A stretch of 64,000 nucleotides of DNA from Candidatus Sulfomarinibacteraceae bacterium (lineage in GTDB: Bacteria; Acidobacteriota; Thermoanaerobaculia; Thermoanaerobaculales; Sulfomarinibacteraceae), in the NCBI GenBank assembly GCA_963796455.1, contig CAWCLO010000002.1:128001-192000 (forward strand). The letters are read 5' to 3'. The translations under genes were made by a program, and so were the position numbers. This document shows positions 8,505-19,692 of this stretch, in pieces. Position 1 is the first letter of the stretch; the number at the start of each line of letters is the position of its first letter. Under the pieces are notes generated by a model. The model did no database searches. It was not told the origin of the DNA and worked only from the letters and a program-made list of their open reading frames with translations.

Positions 8505-9953
8505 GTGTCCGAAACTCGACCAGGTGAACGAGAGGTCACGCTGGCCCAGGCCGCACTGCCGGTGGTCTTTCTGCTTGCCCTGATCGTTTACGGTCTGGTT
8601 CTTCGGCCCCGCCTCCAGGGCCTCGCGCCGTTCCCGCTCGAGATCGTTTTCATCCTCGCTGCTTCATTTGCCATCGGTCAACAACTGCTGATGGGCTACC
8701 GATGGACCCAGATTCAGGCGGCAATCGTTGCCAAGCTCGGCAAGGCGCTACCCGGGTTCTTCATCCTCTTTCTGGTGGGTCTCGTCATTTCGAGCTGGAT
8801 CATCTGCGGCACCATTCCCATGCTTGTCTCCATCGGGCTCGAGATCATCAACCCGACATTCCTGTACATCCTGGCCTTTCTGGTGCCGGTGGTCTTCTCC
8901 TTGCTCACCGGGACCTCCTGGGGTTCGGCGGGAACCATCGGGGTGGTGATCATCGGCGTCGCCACGGCCATGGAGGCGAACCTCGGCATCACAGCGGGCG
9001 CCGTCATCGGCGGAGCATTCTTCGGCGACAAGATGTCTCCGCTGTCGGACACCACCAACATGGCCGCTCTGGCCACCGAGGTGAATCTCTACGATCACAT
9101 CCGCTCCATGATGGTTACAACCATGCCGTCGGCGCTGGTGGCTTCGGCGGCTTTTTTGGTGCTCGGAATCGTTGATCCTCCCACCGTGACGGCCGCCGAT
9201 CTCGGTGCGCTGGCGCCGTTTCAGGAGACCTTGAAGGCGACCTTTCATTTCAATGTGACCCTGCTGATCCCGCCGTTCATCGTGCTCGCGGGCTCGCTTC
9301 GGAAGAAGCCGATCCTGCAAACGATGATGGTGTCCATCCTGACGGCATCCGGGCTCGCCCTGATTTTTCAAAAATTCACCCTGGACGATGTGATGCAGAG
9401 CCTGTACCGCGGATTCGATATGGGCATGGCATCGTGGGTTGCGGAGGTGCCACCGGAGGTTGCGGAGCTGGTCAACCGGGGTGGGCTCTACGCCTTGATC
9501 GACGCCATTGTCGTGGCCTTCACGGTCTTTTTTTTCGTCGGTGCGCTGGACAACATCGGCGCAATGCCGCTGATCGTGGGCAGGGTCTTCCGTTTTGCCC
9601 GGACGAGGACCAGCACCATTCTCGCGTCCCTCGCCGCAACCGGTTTCACCAATTCGCTGACATCGAATCAGTACGCCACCAGCTTCATCATCGGTGATGC
9701 GTTCAGGGGTGCCTACGATCGCCTCGGCATCGACCGCTCAGTATTGTCGCGGTCCATCGAGGATTACGGCACCATGCTCGAGAGTCTGGTGCCCTGGCAT
9801 CCAACCGCCGTCTTCATGGTGGGCACCCTGGGCGTTGCCTGGGCCGACTATTGGCACTGGCAGCTGCTGTCGCTCACAAACCTGGCGCTGGCGCCCGCCC
9901 TCGCCATCCTCGGCATCGGCTGTTTCTACTCCGATGAGAAGCCTGCCAACTGA
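8505..9953 (+). CDS. nhaC: Na+/H+ antiporter, NhaC family
   Basis: 'TGTSWGSAGTIG' and 'GAFFGDKMSPLSDTTN' signatures; multi-TM; GTG start 8505 after GGAGGT. Confidence 0.9.
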   Translation: MSETRPGEREVTLAQAALPVVFLLALIVYGLVLRPRLQGLAPFPLEIVFILAASFAIGQQLLMGYRWTQIQAAIVAKLGKALPGFFILFLVGLVISSWIICGTIPMLVSIGLEIINPTFLYILAFLVPVVFSLLTGTSWGSAGTIGVVIIGVATAMEANLGITAGAVIGGAFFGDKMSPLSDTTNMAALATEVNLYDHIRSMMVTTMPSALVASAAFLVLGIVDPPTVTAADLGALAPFQETLKATFHFNVTLLIPPFIVLAGSLRKKPILQTMMVSILTASGLALIFQKFTLDDVMQSLYRGFDMGMASWVAEVPPEVAELVNRGGLYALIDAIVVAFTVFFFVGALDNIGAMPLIVGRVFRFARTRTSTILASLAATGFTNSLTSNQYATSFIIGDAFRGAYDRLGIDRSVLSRSIEDYGTMLESLVPWHPTAVFMVGTLGVAWADYWHWQLLSLTNLALAPALAILGIGCFYSDEKPAN

Positions 9954-9975
9954 TACCCAGCGTGATCGTTCGGAC

Positions 9976-10137
9976 AACCACGGAGGCACGAAGGCACAGA
10001 GAACCACACAGAGTTTTCTGAGACTTCGCGATGGCTCGTTTCATCACGACCGGCCACGGTGGACCATTCAATTCGGTGGTGGCTATTGTATGAATTCTTC
10101 TCTGTGCGGTCCTCTGTGCCTCTGTGTCTCTGTGGTT
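9976..10137. repeat. Mini element: 38-bp inverted CAC(A/G)GAG arrays around an 86-bp spacer
   Basis: 9976-10013 vs reverse complement of 10100-10137 match 32/38, all differences A/G; lies between convergent nhaC and the CocE-family gene. Confidence 0.85.
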
Positions 10138-12055
10138 AGTTTTCTTTGACGATCGGCAGCACGACCTTCGACGGGTGGTCCGGAGAGAGGTGAACGGTAT
10201 TGGTCGCCACCACACCCTCGGTCTCGTCGTAGTTCTTACCGCCGGTATTGAGGTTGCGGGTGAACCGCGGGAAGTTGCTCGACGAGACCTCGACCCGGAT
10301 CCGGTGTCCCTTGTCGAAGTAGTTGCTGGTCGAGAGGGGGCTGAGCTTGATTTCGTAGACCTCGCCCTCCTCCATGAAAACCTGTTTGTCGAAGCCCTCA
10401 CGATAGCGGGCCCTGAAGATGGTCTCGTCGAGATTCCACGCCTGACCTTCGGTGTCCACATCCACCAGTTTGACGGTGAAGTCGGTGTCCTTGGCGTCGG
10501 AGGAGACATAGAGGGTGACCTCGATCGGACCGCTGACCTCGACCCCCTCCTCGAGCACGTCGGTGCTGTAGACCAGAATATCGTGGCGCGCTTCCATCCG
10601 CCGTTGGTCGAAGGACCCTGCGTTGATGGCGTTGCCGGTGCAACAGACGTTACCGCCGTAGGACAGGACCGGGTTCATGGGATCATAGGTGAAGGTGTCG
10701 CTCTTCTTCGCAGAGGGTTTGTCGGTGCTGAGCAGGCCGTCGCCATAGAGGCTGTTGGCCCCTTTGTCGCTGTCGAGATAGTAGGTCACCATCTCGGTCC
10801 CGGCGGGCGGCCAGCTGGTTGACGAGTTCCACTCGTTGGAGCCCATCGTGTAGTACTGGACCCTGGGCAGTGTTTCGAGAATGCCGTTTTCTTCACCCTT
10901 GAGCCAGTAGTCGAACCAGTCGTAAGTCAGGTCTTCGTACTCGAGCCGCGCATCGCCCATGTTGCGTTCGCCGACAATGGTCTCTTCCTTCGAGCGGCGA
11001 AATCCACAATGCCCGACCGGGGCGATCAGCGCGTACTGGTTGGCTGCCACCTCGGGGTCCTTTGCGTTCTCCCTGACGTGGTTGAAGAGCGCCAGATTGG
11101 GGCTGATCGAGACGTCGTACCACGACATCCACCAGAAGCTCGGAACTCCGAAATCTTCGTCGTCGTGGTAGAGACCGCCCTTGTACCAGGCCGGGTCGTT
11201 GGGGGTGCGCTGGATCATCCGACCGCCGGTGGCGTTGGCGGCGGGATCGGCAAAGATACCTTCGGGCCCTTCGACCGAGCGCATGAGGTCTTCGACCGGC
11301 AGGTGCCAGAAGGCCTCGTCCCAGTCGACTTCCGGGTACTCGGGCGCGAGATCGAAGTACTTGGAGAGGCGGATGATGTCCTCGCGGTCGATGTCCGGCG
11401 AAAATGTGGGTCGCTGGGTGTTTTGGACCCCATAGAGCCAGGAAAAGAAAAGCATCTGCTCGGCGCCGCCGCGGTACCAGTTGCCCTGCTCGTAAAAGTC
11501 ACCGACGCGGCCGATGCCGGCGCCAAAACCCTGCGGCACCATGGCCGCATGGGCGGGATGATCGAGGGCGGCCAGACCCATCTGCCACTCGGCCGTTGAC
11601 GAGCACCCGAGAGTTCCCACCTTGCCGTTGGACCAGCCCTGGTGGACGATCCAGGTCAAGGCGTCGTAGCCGTCGGTCTTCGGCGGACCGAGGAGATCCC
11701 ACTCACCCTCGCTGAAATACCGGCCGCGTTCGTTCTGGACGACCATGGCATAACCGCGTTTCACTGCAGCGAGAGCCATCCGCAGCCCCCGGGTCTGCGG
11801 TTCGCCATCGCGGTAGAGGTTGAAATTGTAGGGTGTGCGAACAAAGATGGTCGGCACCGGGCCATCCGCGTTTTTGGGTCGGATGATGTCGGTGGCGAGG
11901 GCGACGCCGTCGCGCATTGGCATCATGACCTTCGGCTCGTAGATGGCGATTTTTTCGAGCGTCTTCATCACGTCCTCGCTCCCCTGGGCGGAGAGCGCGC
12001 CGGGCATCATCGCGGTCGCGACGCAGCACAGAACCAAAACGGTGAATTTTTTCAT
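10136..12055 (-). CDS. CocE/NonD family hydrolase (peptidase S15-like), secreted
   Basis: Signal peptide; '[11 protein letters not shown]', 'RTPY', 'RGRYFSEG', nucleophile 'GCSS', C-terminal '[15 protein letters not shown]'; GAGGAG RBS before MKKF. Confidence 0.92.
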   Translation of the reverse strand: MKKFTVLVLCCVATAMMPGALSAQGSEDVMKTLEKIAIYEPKVMMPMRDGVALATDIIRPKNADGPVPTIFVRTPYNFNLYRDGEPQTRGLRMALAAVKRGYAMVVQNERGRYFSEGEWDLLGPPKTDGYDALTWIVHQGWSNGKVGTLGCSSTAEWQMGLAALDHPAHAAMVPQGFGAGIGRVGDFYEQGNWYRGGAEQMLFFSWLYGVQNTQRPTFSPDIDREDIIRLSKYFDLAPEYPEVDWDEAFWHLPVEDLMRSVEGPEGIFADPAANATGGRMIQRTPNDPAWYKGGLYHDDEDFGVPSFWWMSWYDVSISPNLALFNHVRENAKDPEVAANQYALIAPVGHCGFRRSKEETIVGERNMGDARLEYEDLTYDWFDYWLKGEENGILETLPRVQYYTMGSNEWNSSTSWPPAGTEMVTYYLDSDKGANSLYGDGLLSTDKPSAKKSDTFTYDPMNPVLSYGGNVCCTGNAINAGSFDQRRMEARHDILVYSTDVLEEGVEVSGPIEVTLYVSSDAKDTDFTVKLVDVDTEGQAWNLDETIFRARYREGFDKQVFMEEGEVYEIKLSPLSTSNYFDKGHRIRVEVSSSNFPRFTRNLNTGGKNYDETEGVVATNTVHLSPDHPSKVVLPIVKEN

Positions 12056-12096
12056 AACGTTTTTCTCCTCATTGGTGCATGCCATTCGCAGGAGAC

Positions 12097-14139
12097 TCAT
12101 GACGGATCCACCGCGGCCGGGCGAGGTGGATGGACATAGGCTCTCGGTGCGATATAGGTCGCCAACGTGACCGGCTCACCCCTGAGCCAGTGGCTGAACC
12201 ACTCCAATGTCAGTTGGTATCGAAGGGTCACGTGGTCATCACCCCGAATACCGTGCTGCTCGTCCGGGAAGTTGACATAGACCGAGGGCACACCGACCTT
12301 CTGCAGCGCGGTGAAGAGCTGGACCCCCTGTTCCGGTCGAACCCGCCAGTCGTTGTTGCCATGCAGGACCATGGTCGGCGTTGTGAAATTCTCGGCCGCC
12401 CACAGCGGTGAATTGGAAAGGTGGGTTTCCTTGCTCTGCCACGGCATGCCGCCCATCTCCTTTTCGGAGAAGAACTGCTCATCGGTGGTCCCGAAGAAGG
12501 AGACCATGTTGGAAAGACCCGCGCTCGAGACCGCGCCCTTGAATCGGTCGGTATGGCCGATGATCCAGTTCGTCATATAGCCGCCGTAGGAGCCACCGGT
12601 GACCCCGAGCGCCTCAGGATCGGCCACGCCCATCTCCACCACATGATCGACAAAGGCCATGAGATCGGCCATCGGTTTGGTGTGCCAGTCCTGGTGGATG
12701 GCATCGGCAAAAGCCTGGCCGTAACCATCAGACCCGCGCGGGTTGGTGTAGAGAACGGCAAAACCGTTGGCGGCCATCAGCTGGTTGGAGAATCGGAACG
12801 ACGGGCTCGACATGCCGTGGGGGCCGCCGTGGATCGACAGGATCATCGGCACCGGGGTCCCTGCTTCGAACCCGATCGGTCGCATGAGCCAACCCTGCAC
12901 CCGGTCGCCGTCGGTTGTGTCGATCCAGATCTCTTCGGAGGCACTCACCGGACGACCGGCCCACCACGCTGACGCTTCGTCGGTGAGCTTTTTCACGGTA
13001 CCGAAGGCGACTGTCCAAAGCTCGTTCGGGATCACGTCGGTGGAGCCCTGGAGCACGAAGTGCTCGTTGTCCAGGACATTGAAACGGGAGATCACCGGTT
13101 CATTGGCCACCGTGTGGAAGACGTCGGGTTGTTGGAGCCCCACCCATTGGAGATCTCGGGCGCCATGGCTCGAGGCGGTGAAAAAGATCCGGTCGCTGCT
13201 CGGTCCCCAGACAATTGAACGGACCGTGCGGTCGAGGCTCTCGGTCAGCACCCGCTCGTCGGAACCATCCCGGGCCGCGGTGTGGATCTTGTAGTTTTCG
13301 CTCTCGTAGTTGTACTCATAACTCGCGCGCCAGGCGATGCGTTTCCCGTCAGGACTGAAAGCCGGGCTGTGATCCGGGCCCGGGTTTTTGGTGAACTGCC
13401 GGGTAGTACCGGTTGCCACATCGACGATGAAGACATTGGTGTCGATGGTGTTCCACCACTCGGGCGAACGGTTGGAGACGTAGGCGATCTCCTTCGAGTC
13501 GGGGCTCCAGACCATGGAGTGGTCGCCCTCGTCGGCGCATTCACCGTCGGTAAGCTGTTTCGCCTCGCCGCCGTCGGCGGGAATCACGAAGACCCTCTTA
13601 CGGGTGCCGTCGTCCCAGCCGCGACCGAGGTGGTAGAAACGCGGATGGACCGCGTAGCGCACGTCGCCGAATGCTTCGCGTTGCGCCTCACTGTGGAGCT
13701 CACCGACCGACGACGTGAAGGCGATCGTTTTCCCGTCCGGCGAATACAGCGGGGCCGAGGCACCGCTTTCAACACCCGTGAGGCGGCGGGCCTCACCGCC
13801 GTCGATGCGGATCGCGTAGATCTGGCTCTTCTCGTCCTCTCCCCGTTTGGCCGAGAAGATGACCGTCTTACCGTCCGGGCTCCAGCTGTAGCCCTTCTCG
13901 ATCCCGGGGCTTGATGTCAGCCGCCTCGCCTCGCCTCCGGTAAAGGGTCGGAGATAGATGTCCCCCACGTCTTTCTCGTGAACCGGGCAATAACGGGTCA
14001 CCGAATAAGCGACCCACAGACCATCGGGTGAGACCTGTGGCGCACCCACCGAAACCTGCTTCAGGTGATCGGCAGGAACGAGCGGCCCCAGATCGTTGGA
14101 TTGAGCGCGAGGAACAAAAAACAGAACGACGAAAACCAA
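12097..14139 (-). CDS. S9 family peptidase (acylaminoacyl/dipeptidyl aminopeptidase-like) with beta-propeller; start uncertain
   Basis: Repeated 'SPDG' propeller motifs; 'IHGGPH', 'NPRGS', 'GGSYGG', 'DWRV', 'EQHG' catalytic Ser-Asp-His motifs. Confidence 0.92.
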   Translation of the reverse strand: MVFVVLFFVPRAQSNDLGPLVPADHLKQVSVGAPQVSPDGLWVAYSVTRYCPVHEKDVGDIYLRPFTGGEARRLTSSPGIEKGYSWSPDGKTVIFSAKRGEDEKSQIYAIRIDGGEARRLTGVESGASAPLYSPDGKTIAFTSSVGELHSEAQREAFGDVRYAVHPRFYHLGRGWDDGTRKRVFVIPADGGEAKQLTDGECADEGDHSMVWSPDSKEIAYVSNRSPEWWNTIDTNVFIVDVATGTTRQFTKNPGPDHSPAFSPDGKRIAWRASYEYNYESENYKIHTAARDGSDERVLTESLDRTVRSIVWGPSSDRIFFTASSHGARDLQWVGLQQPDVFHTVANEPVISRFNVLDNEHFVLQGSTDVIPNELWTVAFGTVKKLTDEASAWWAGRPVSASEEIWIDTTDGDRVQGWLMRPIGFEAGTPVPMILSIHGGPHGMSSPSFRFSNQLMAANGFAVLYTNPRGSDGYGQAFADAIHQDWHTKPMADLMAFVDHVVEMGVADPEALGVTGGSYGGYMTNWIIGHTDRFKGAVSSAGLSNMVSFFGTTDEQFFSEKEMGGMPWQSKETHLSNSPLWAAENFTTPTMVLHGNNDWRVRPEQGVQLFTALQKVGVPSVYVNFPDEQHGIRGDDHVTLRYQLTLEWFSHWLRGEPVTLATYIAPRAYVHPPRPAAVDPS

Positions 14140-14369
14140 TACACGGATGACAGATGTATCACGACGAGACCCCCTTCCAACTCCGTGGCCATCGTAGACC
14201 TCTCCACCGTTTCTGCCAAATTGACGGTTCGATCAAATGAGAAAGGGGGGTGCGGGGCGATCGATTCGGCTCGATAGCCTCGATGCGGGAGTCCAGGCGC
14301 CCCACCCACGAAGGCGGGCGTCATGGGTGGTTCTGTATCGCCGAGGGTCTGATCCAGAGCCTCGAGGTC

Positions 14370-14991
14370 GATCCTGGATGCTCGATGCTGGATCGACCGG
14401 CCCAACTCGATACCGGGTGCCGAAAGAACTTCGGTCGGAGAAACCGCAGATTACGCAGATGGACGCAGATAACTTCCCGGTAGGAGCTTCCGCCCGGCGA
14501 GGCCTGCGCGACCGCGCAGGCCTCGCCTCTTTCCTCCCCTCTCCTTCAATCGAGGAAGGGTGTCACTCATGCAAGGCAGAACCGGTGTGCCGGAGGCGCA
14601 CCGGTCGGTGGGGAGCGGGGTGACTCCGAGCGCTGGCGATCGGGAGGCGCCCCGCTTCTCACCGGCGACGGGCGATCGGAGATCGTCTGTCGATCTGCCG
14701 ACACTGACGGCACCCTCGCACAAGTTCGGCGACCTACCCTTTGCGTCTCTGCGACTTTGCGTTCTTTGCGGTTCATTCTGTGTGTTCTATGGGCAACCGT
14801 GTGTGCGACGAGTTCGTGTGCGATGGATCTGCGTCCATCTGCGCGATCTGCGGGCGTTCTCTCTCTCTGTGTCTCCGTGCCTCCGTGGTTGCGACGTTCT
14901 TGGCTGTATCCGGGTCCATTTGGGTTATCTGTGGGCAATCGTTTTTGCGACGAGAGCATTTGCGATGAATCTGCGTGATCTGTGGGCAAAT
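14370..14991 (-). repeat. Composite intergenic element, copy D (inverted)
   Basis: Core 14650-14699 is the exact reverse complement of 2942-2991; CGCAGAT arrays inverted at both ends; outer GATGCTG-type heptamers homologous to the right end of copy C. Confidence 0.9.
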
Positions 14992-15130
14992 TGAACTGTC
15001 CTGCGCTGGCTCCGTGGCTGTGTTCTTGTTCGGGAGTCAGCGGGCTATAGGAATACCCCGGCGGCGCGAGACGATTGCGGGATCATCGGTCTCAAGATGG
15101 CCTCGGCTCACTGAGATCCGTGTCGTCCTC

Positions 15131-15487
15131 TTATTCTTCCTCTTCGTCCGGGAGGGGCTCGCCGGTCATGGGGTCGACGCGGATCTCGTACTCTTCGCCG
15201 CCCACGACGTACTCGATCTCCCACACCCCGTCCTCGAACTCCACTTCGGTGATGGCGGTGTGGTCGCCGATCTCGAGGCTGGCGATGATGCCGGAAAGAG
15301 GCAACGAGCCCTCGGGTGGCACCTCCAACTCTTCCCCTTCTTCAACCTCGCCACCCTCGAAGTCCTCCGTGTAAACGACATCCTCTGTTTCGTTCCCAGA
15401 GGGTGTCGAATCCGGGACCTCGGACTGGGGCACACAGGCCGCCACCGAGACGATCAAAAACGCGACGAGCAGCATCTCTTTCATCAT
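15131..15487 (-). CDS. PepSY domain lipoprotein
   Basis: Lipobox VAAC; acidic linker; 'ITEVEFEDGVWEIE..IRVDPMTGE' PepSY pattern. Confidence 0.8.
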   Translation of the reverse strand: MMKEMLLVAFLIVSVAACVPQSEVPDSTPSGNETEDVVYTEDFEGGEVEEGEELEVPPEGSLPLSGIIASLEIGDHTAITEVEFEDGVWEIEYVVGGEEYEIRVDPMTGEPLPDEEEE

Positions 15488-15525
15488 CAGAATCTCCATT
15501 CGATTGGCGCTTCGAGATTGGGACC

Positions 15526-16086
15526 TTACTTGCCCTTACCCTCGAGGATATTTTTCCACTTACCGCCGAGCTTTTTGAGGATGTTCTCGACCTGTTGGGT
15601 CTGCTTCTGGGGTTTGTCTTTAACCTTGATCTTCCCGGTGCCATGCCAGACAATTTTCTTTTCCACCGAATCATAGGCGTCGATGATCAGGGTGCCGACT
15701 TCGTAGGTGTACTCCTGGGTCGTTGAAGTCGAGATTGCCGGGTAGCCGCCCCACCCGTACCAGCCGCCCCAGTAGCCGCCATATCCATAGCCGGTGGTGG
15801 TGTAGCCTTTCTTTTCTTCGGAAATGAAGTGGTAGGTCACGTAGATGTCCGGGTTCTCCTCCACCTCGGCGAGCCCACCGTCGCGAAGCGCCTTTTTGAT
15901 CATCGTGACAATACGATTGTGCATGATCTCGGTGCTTTTGACCTGGCTCTCCTGGGTTTCGACATATTGGAAGGTCGCGATGTTCTCGAAGTCGAATTCA
16001 TGGGCATAGAGAACATCGACCTTCTGAGCCATCGCCGGGATCGTCGCCAGGACGGCCAGGATCGTGATCGTAAGAACCTTTTTCAT
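15526..16086 (-). CDS. DUF4136 domain exported protein
   Basis: Signal peptide; Gly/Tyr/Trp-rich insert; 'YEVGTLIIDAYD..KKIVWHG' typical of DUF4136; AAGGAG RBS. Confidence 0.85.
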   Translation of the reverse strand: MKKVLTITILAVLATIPAMAQKVDVLYAHEFDFENIATFQYVETQESQVKSTEIMHNRIVTMIKKALRDGGLAEVEENPDIYVTYHFISEEKKGYTTTGYGYGGYWGGWYGWGGYPAISTSTTQEYTYEVGTLIIDAYDSVEKKIVWHGTGKIKVKDKPQKQTQQVENILKKLGGKWKNILEGKGK

Positions 16087-16214
16087 CAAACCGCTCCTTT
16101 CAGGTGCCAACGGTATCTTCGCACTGTTCTCGCAAAAGTTGCCCCTATACTAAGCTGCTCCGGAGGCACCAACAATCGGGGCGTGGGAAACAACATTCGT
16201 GTTCCCGATGTGAT

Positions 16215-18092
16215 CTATTCGAGGCTCGCCTGGGCGTTGGGGTGCGCACCATCTTGCGTGTCCGGGACGGGCTCGAGATCAACAAGGGCGTGACTCTCGA
16301 GGATTTCGAGGGCCGCTCCTTCCGAGACCAGGACGATCAGTCGATCGAGGTGTGCGAGATCGGGATCTGCAACCCGGAGATCGGGTTCGTCGTTCCGGTA
16401 GCCGAGCAGACGGAGCACGCCTCCGGCGGAATCCTCCTCCGCGAGGTGGAGCGCTTTCACCGTCTCGGATTGCCCCGGATCGATGGTCAGTTGGCGGAAG
16501 CCACCGCTTTCGATCCGGCGAATCCACGCGGGAATGTCAATGCTGCCGCCGCCAACCAGATCGAGCCAGGCGCGGGACCGTCGTCCGAGTTCTTCCGGTG
16601 GTCGCTGGATGGCGACCACCGGGTGTTCGACCCCGAATTCGGCCCGCACGAGTTCGGCCACCAGGAGGTTGAGCTCGTCGTTGGTGGTGGCGGCCACGAC
16701 CCACGAGTCCCGTTCGAGTCCGGCCTCCTCATATGTGGCGGCATCGCGGGCGTCGCCGACAACGACCCGCAGGTCGTTTTTGCGGAATCGATCGAGCCGC
16801 CACGAAGTTCCGTCGACGACGACTGTGGTCCGGCCGCCGTCTCTCAGGAGACGCGCCAGGCGCTCGGTCAACGCGTTGGCGCCGACCAGGACAGCCCGCC
16901 GCCGTGCCGGGTCAGCCGTGTAGCCGAGAATCCTTGGGAGAACCAGTGCACCCACAGTGGAGAATATGCCGGTGGCGAGAATCGTCAGATACACCAGACC
17001 CTCCATCTCGACCGCGCCGGCGATACCCGCCTTGCTCATTTCGCGAGCTGCCAGCGAGGCCACCGCGGCAGCGACGATTCCCCGCGGTGCGGTGAGGCCG
17101 ATCACGGTCCGGCCGCGGAGGTCGAGCTGGGAGGGCCAGATGGAGAGGGCGACCGCGAGGGGCCGCACCACCAGGATGAGAGCGGCCACTGCGAACAATC
17201 CGCTCCACCCGAGGGCCAGGACCGAACCGAGATCGAGTTGTGCCGCCAGCAGAATGAAGAGCATCGAGATGATCAGGGTCGTGAGCTGGCCCTTGAAGGC
17301 CCGCACCGAGACCAGATCCGGAAGTTCCGCCGCCGAGATCGTCAATCCCATGACCATCGCGGCCAGGATCCCGGACTGCGGCGCCTCGTGCTCGGCCACC
17401 ATGTAACAGAGCATGAGCAGGGCCAGAATGCTGAGGTTGCGCAGTTCGCCGCCGACCAACCTGGATTTCAAGATGAGCTTGGCCAGGGCTCCGGCGACAA
17501 AACCGAGCACGATGCCGGTGGCGGTAAGACTCATCACTTCGGCGGTGAGGGCCTGGAAGGGAATGCCCGTGCGACCGATCCACTGCAGGACGAGATAGGC
17601 GAGAATGGCGCCGATCGGGTCCACGATCAGACCCTCGGACAGCAAAATAGTCTTGACCTCGCGTGGCGCGATGAGGTGCCGCAGCAACGGCACGATCACG
17701 GTTGGACCGGTGACGGTGACGATGGCGCCAAACAGCGCTGCGGTGGGCCACGGCATCGCGACGAGCCAATGGGCGACGGCCGCCGAGGCGACACCGGTCA
17801 CCGCGACGCCGATGGTCAGCAAATTGCGGACCGCCGCGCCGACGCTCTTCAATCGTTGCGGGTCGAGAGACAGACCGCCCTCGAAGAGAATGATCGCCAC
17901 CCCGAGATGGATCAACGCCTCGAGCGAAGGACCGAGCGCCTCGGGATGCACGAACCCGAGACCGAAAGGACCAAAGGCGATGCCGATCAAAAGCAAAGGG
18001 AGAATGGCCGGCAGCTGGAAGCGCTCGGCAATGATCTGGCCCGCGATGCCCAGGGTCACCGCCGCCACGAATGTCGTCATGATCGTTTCCAA
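16215..18092 (-). CDS. Cation:proton antiporter (CPA1/NhaP-type) with C-terminal TrkA_N/RCK domain
   Basis: 'IILFEGGL', 'VTGPTVI', 'EGLIVDPIGA', 'APRGIVAAA', then 'VVGDA..ATTNDELN'; start TTG 18092 or ATG 18080. Confidence 0.88.
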   Translation of the reverse strand: METIMTTFVAAVTLGIAGQIIAERFQLPAILPLLLIGIAFGPFGLGFVHPEALGPSLEALIHLGVAIILFEGGLSLDPQRLKSVGAAVRNLLTIGVAVTGVASAAVAHWLVAMPWPTAALFGAIVTVTGPTVIVPLLRHLIAPREVKTILLSEGLIVDPIGAILAYLVLQWIGRTGIPFQALTAEVMSLTATGIVLGFVAGALAKLILKSRLVGGELRNLSILALLMLCYMVAEHEAPQSGILAAMVMGLTISAAELPDLVSVRAFKGQLTTLIISMLFILLAAQLDLGSVLALGWSGLFAVAALILVVRPLAVALSIWPSQLDLRGRTVIGLTAPRGIVAAAVASLAAREMSKAGIAGAVEMEGLVYLTILATGIFSTVGALVLPRILGYTADPARRRAVLVGANALTERLARLLRDGGRTTVVVDGTSWRLDRFRKNDLRVVVGDARDAATYEEAGLERDSWVVAATTNDELNLLVAELVRAEFGVEHPVVAIQRPPEELGRRSRAWLDLVGGGSIDIPAWIRRIESGGFRQLTIDPGQSETVKALHLAEEDSAGGVLRLLGYRNDEPDLRVADPDLAHLDRLIVLVSEGAALEILESHALVDLEPVPDTQDGAHPNAQASLE

Positions 18093-18336
18093 TGTCTGTC
18101 CAGGTCCTTTCGGTGGACCATGATAGTCGAGCCTGGTTGCTCTCCGGCCAATGACCTCTGAAAAGCAGTCGACGATGCAACGAAATCGCGTCTCGATTGC
18201 CCGATGATTCGGAGAATAGGGTCGGACGCGATAGTCTCTTGATGGCACGCAACCACCGGTTGCGCCACATCGTCAAGTTGGTTGGATGACCAAATTGTGC
18301 GGGCCCCGTTGATCGCCGAACTGAAAGGGAAACACC

Positions 18337-19683
18337 ATGAGCGATACCAAACAAAAAAACACCATGTCTCGACGCGGCTTCCTCGCGGTGGGCAGCGCCG
18401 CCGCGGCGGCTTCGGCGCTGCCCCTGCACGCCGCGGACGACGCGGAAGAAAAGGCGCCCGCAATCAATAACTGGCGCACTCTCGGCCGTACGGGCTTCAA
18501 GGTGTCCGATGTTTCAATGGGTGCCGGTGCATCGGACTCGAACATGATCCGCTACGCCTACGATCACGGGATCAACTACTTCGACACCGCGGAGTCCTAC
18601 GGCAACGGCAAGCACGAGAAGCTCATCGGCGAGGCCTTGAAGCACATGGATCGCTCGAAGGTCTTCATCACCACGAAGCTCGAGCTCAAGGAAGGCGACA
18701 CCGAGCAGACCATTCTCGACCGCTATGCAAAATGTCTCGAGAGGCTCGGGACGGAGTATGCCGATGCGCTCTTCATGCACGCGGTCTACCACGTCGAGAC
18801 CACCAAGAACGAGGGTTTCCACGCTGCGATCAAAAAGCTCAAGACCGACTCCAAGGTCCGGTTCGACGGGCTCTCGTGCCACGGGCCCCGCAACGACGAA
18901 CAGGAGAGCATGGAGAAGGTCCTGGGCGCCGCCATCGAGGACGGTCGTTTCGATCTCATGCTCATGTCATACAACTTCATGAATTCTGAAGAGGCGGAGC
19001 GGGTCCTGGCGCTGGCCAAGGCATCGGGCGTCGGCACCACCGCCATGAAGACGGCGCCGGGCGCCGCCGAGATCCCCGATTTCGATCCCGAAAATCCCAC
19101 CGGCGATCTCCTGGCCTATATCGAACGCAAGGAGAAGGAAGGGCAGTCGAGGGAGAAATCCATCGAAGAGATCCAGGGGTGGTTGGCCGATCAGAAGAAG
19201 GCCTACGATGACACCGCACCCTTCCGCGAGAAGTACGGGCTGACCGACCGCACCGTCATGCGGGACACCGCCATCAAGTGGGTCCTCCAGAACCCGGACA
19301 TGCAAACTGTCTGCGTAGGCATGCGGGACTTCGAACAGGTGCAGCGTTTTGTCGCACTTTCTGGATCGACGATGAAGCTGGCCGAGGCGCGCTTCCTCGA
19401 GGACTACCGGCTCGCCCACAACAGTCTTTATTGTCGTCACGGTTGCTCCGAGTGCCTCGGAAAGTGTGCCGAACGCCTGGCGGTGAGCACCATCATGCGC
19501 TACTCCTACTATTTCACCGGTCAGGGTCGGGAAAAAGAGGCGATCGGCAAATATGCTCGCCTCGGCGATTCGAACGGCGCCCGTTGCATGGGCTGCAGCG
19601 CGCCGTGTACCGGAGCCTGTCCCTATGGCATCGATATTCGTGCAAACGTTCTGTCCGCTCATTCGCTCTTGACCGTCATCTAG
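18337..19683 (+). CDS. Aldo/keto reductase with Tat-like signal and C-terminal 4Fe-4S domain
   Basis: SRRGFL; 'RTLGRTG', 'GINYFDTAESYG'; C-terminal CxxxCxxCxxxC and CxxCxxxCxxxCP clusters. Confidence 0.9.
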   Translation: MSDTKQKNTMSRRGFLAVGSAAAAASALPLHAADDAEEKAPAINNWRTLGRTGFKVSDVSMGAGASDSNMIRYAYDHGINYFDTAESYGNGKHEKLIGEALKHMDRSKVFITTKLELKEGDTEQTILDRYAKCLERLGTEYADALFMHAVYHVETTKNEGFHAAIKKLKTDSKVRFDGLSCHGPRNDEQESMEKVLGAAIEDGRFDLMLMSYNFMNSEEAERVLALAKASGVGTTAMKTAPGAAEIPDFDPENPTGDLLAYIERKEKEGQSREKSIEEIQGWLADQKKAYDDTAPFREKYGLTDRTVMRDTAIKWVLQNPDMQTVCVGMRDFEQVQRFVALSGSTMKLAEARFLEDYRLAHNSLYCRHGCSECLGKCAERLAVSTIMRYSYYFTGQGREKEAIGKYARLGDSNGARCMGCSAPCTGACPYGIDIRANVLSAHSLLTVI

Positions 19684-19692
19684 GAGCTGGAA

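Noticed and set aside
2543..14991. Repeat arrays as a CRISPR array
   Set aside because: No constant 23-50 bp repeat alternating with unique spacers, and no cas genes; units are 6-10 nt and arranged as inverted arms.
16104..18161. Long antisense ORFs (also 1461-2765, 6399-7775, 27630-29153, 32666-34303, 39573-41276, 52084-53988)
   Set aside because: Shadow ORFs opposite well-supported genes, expected in GC-rich DNA; no motifs.
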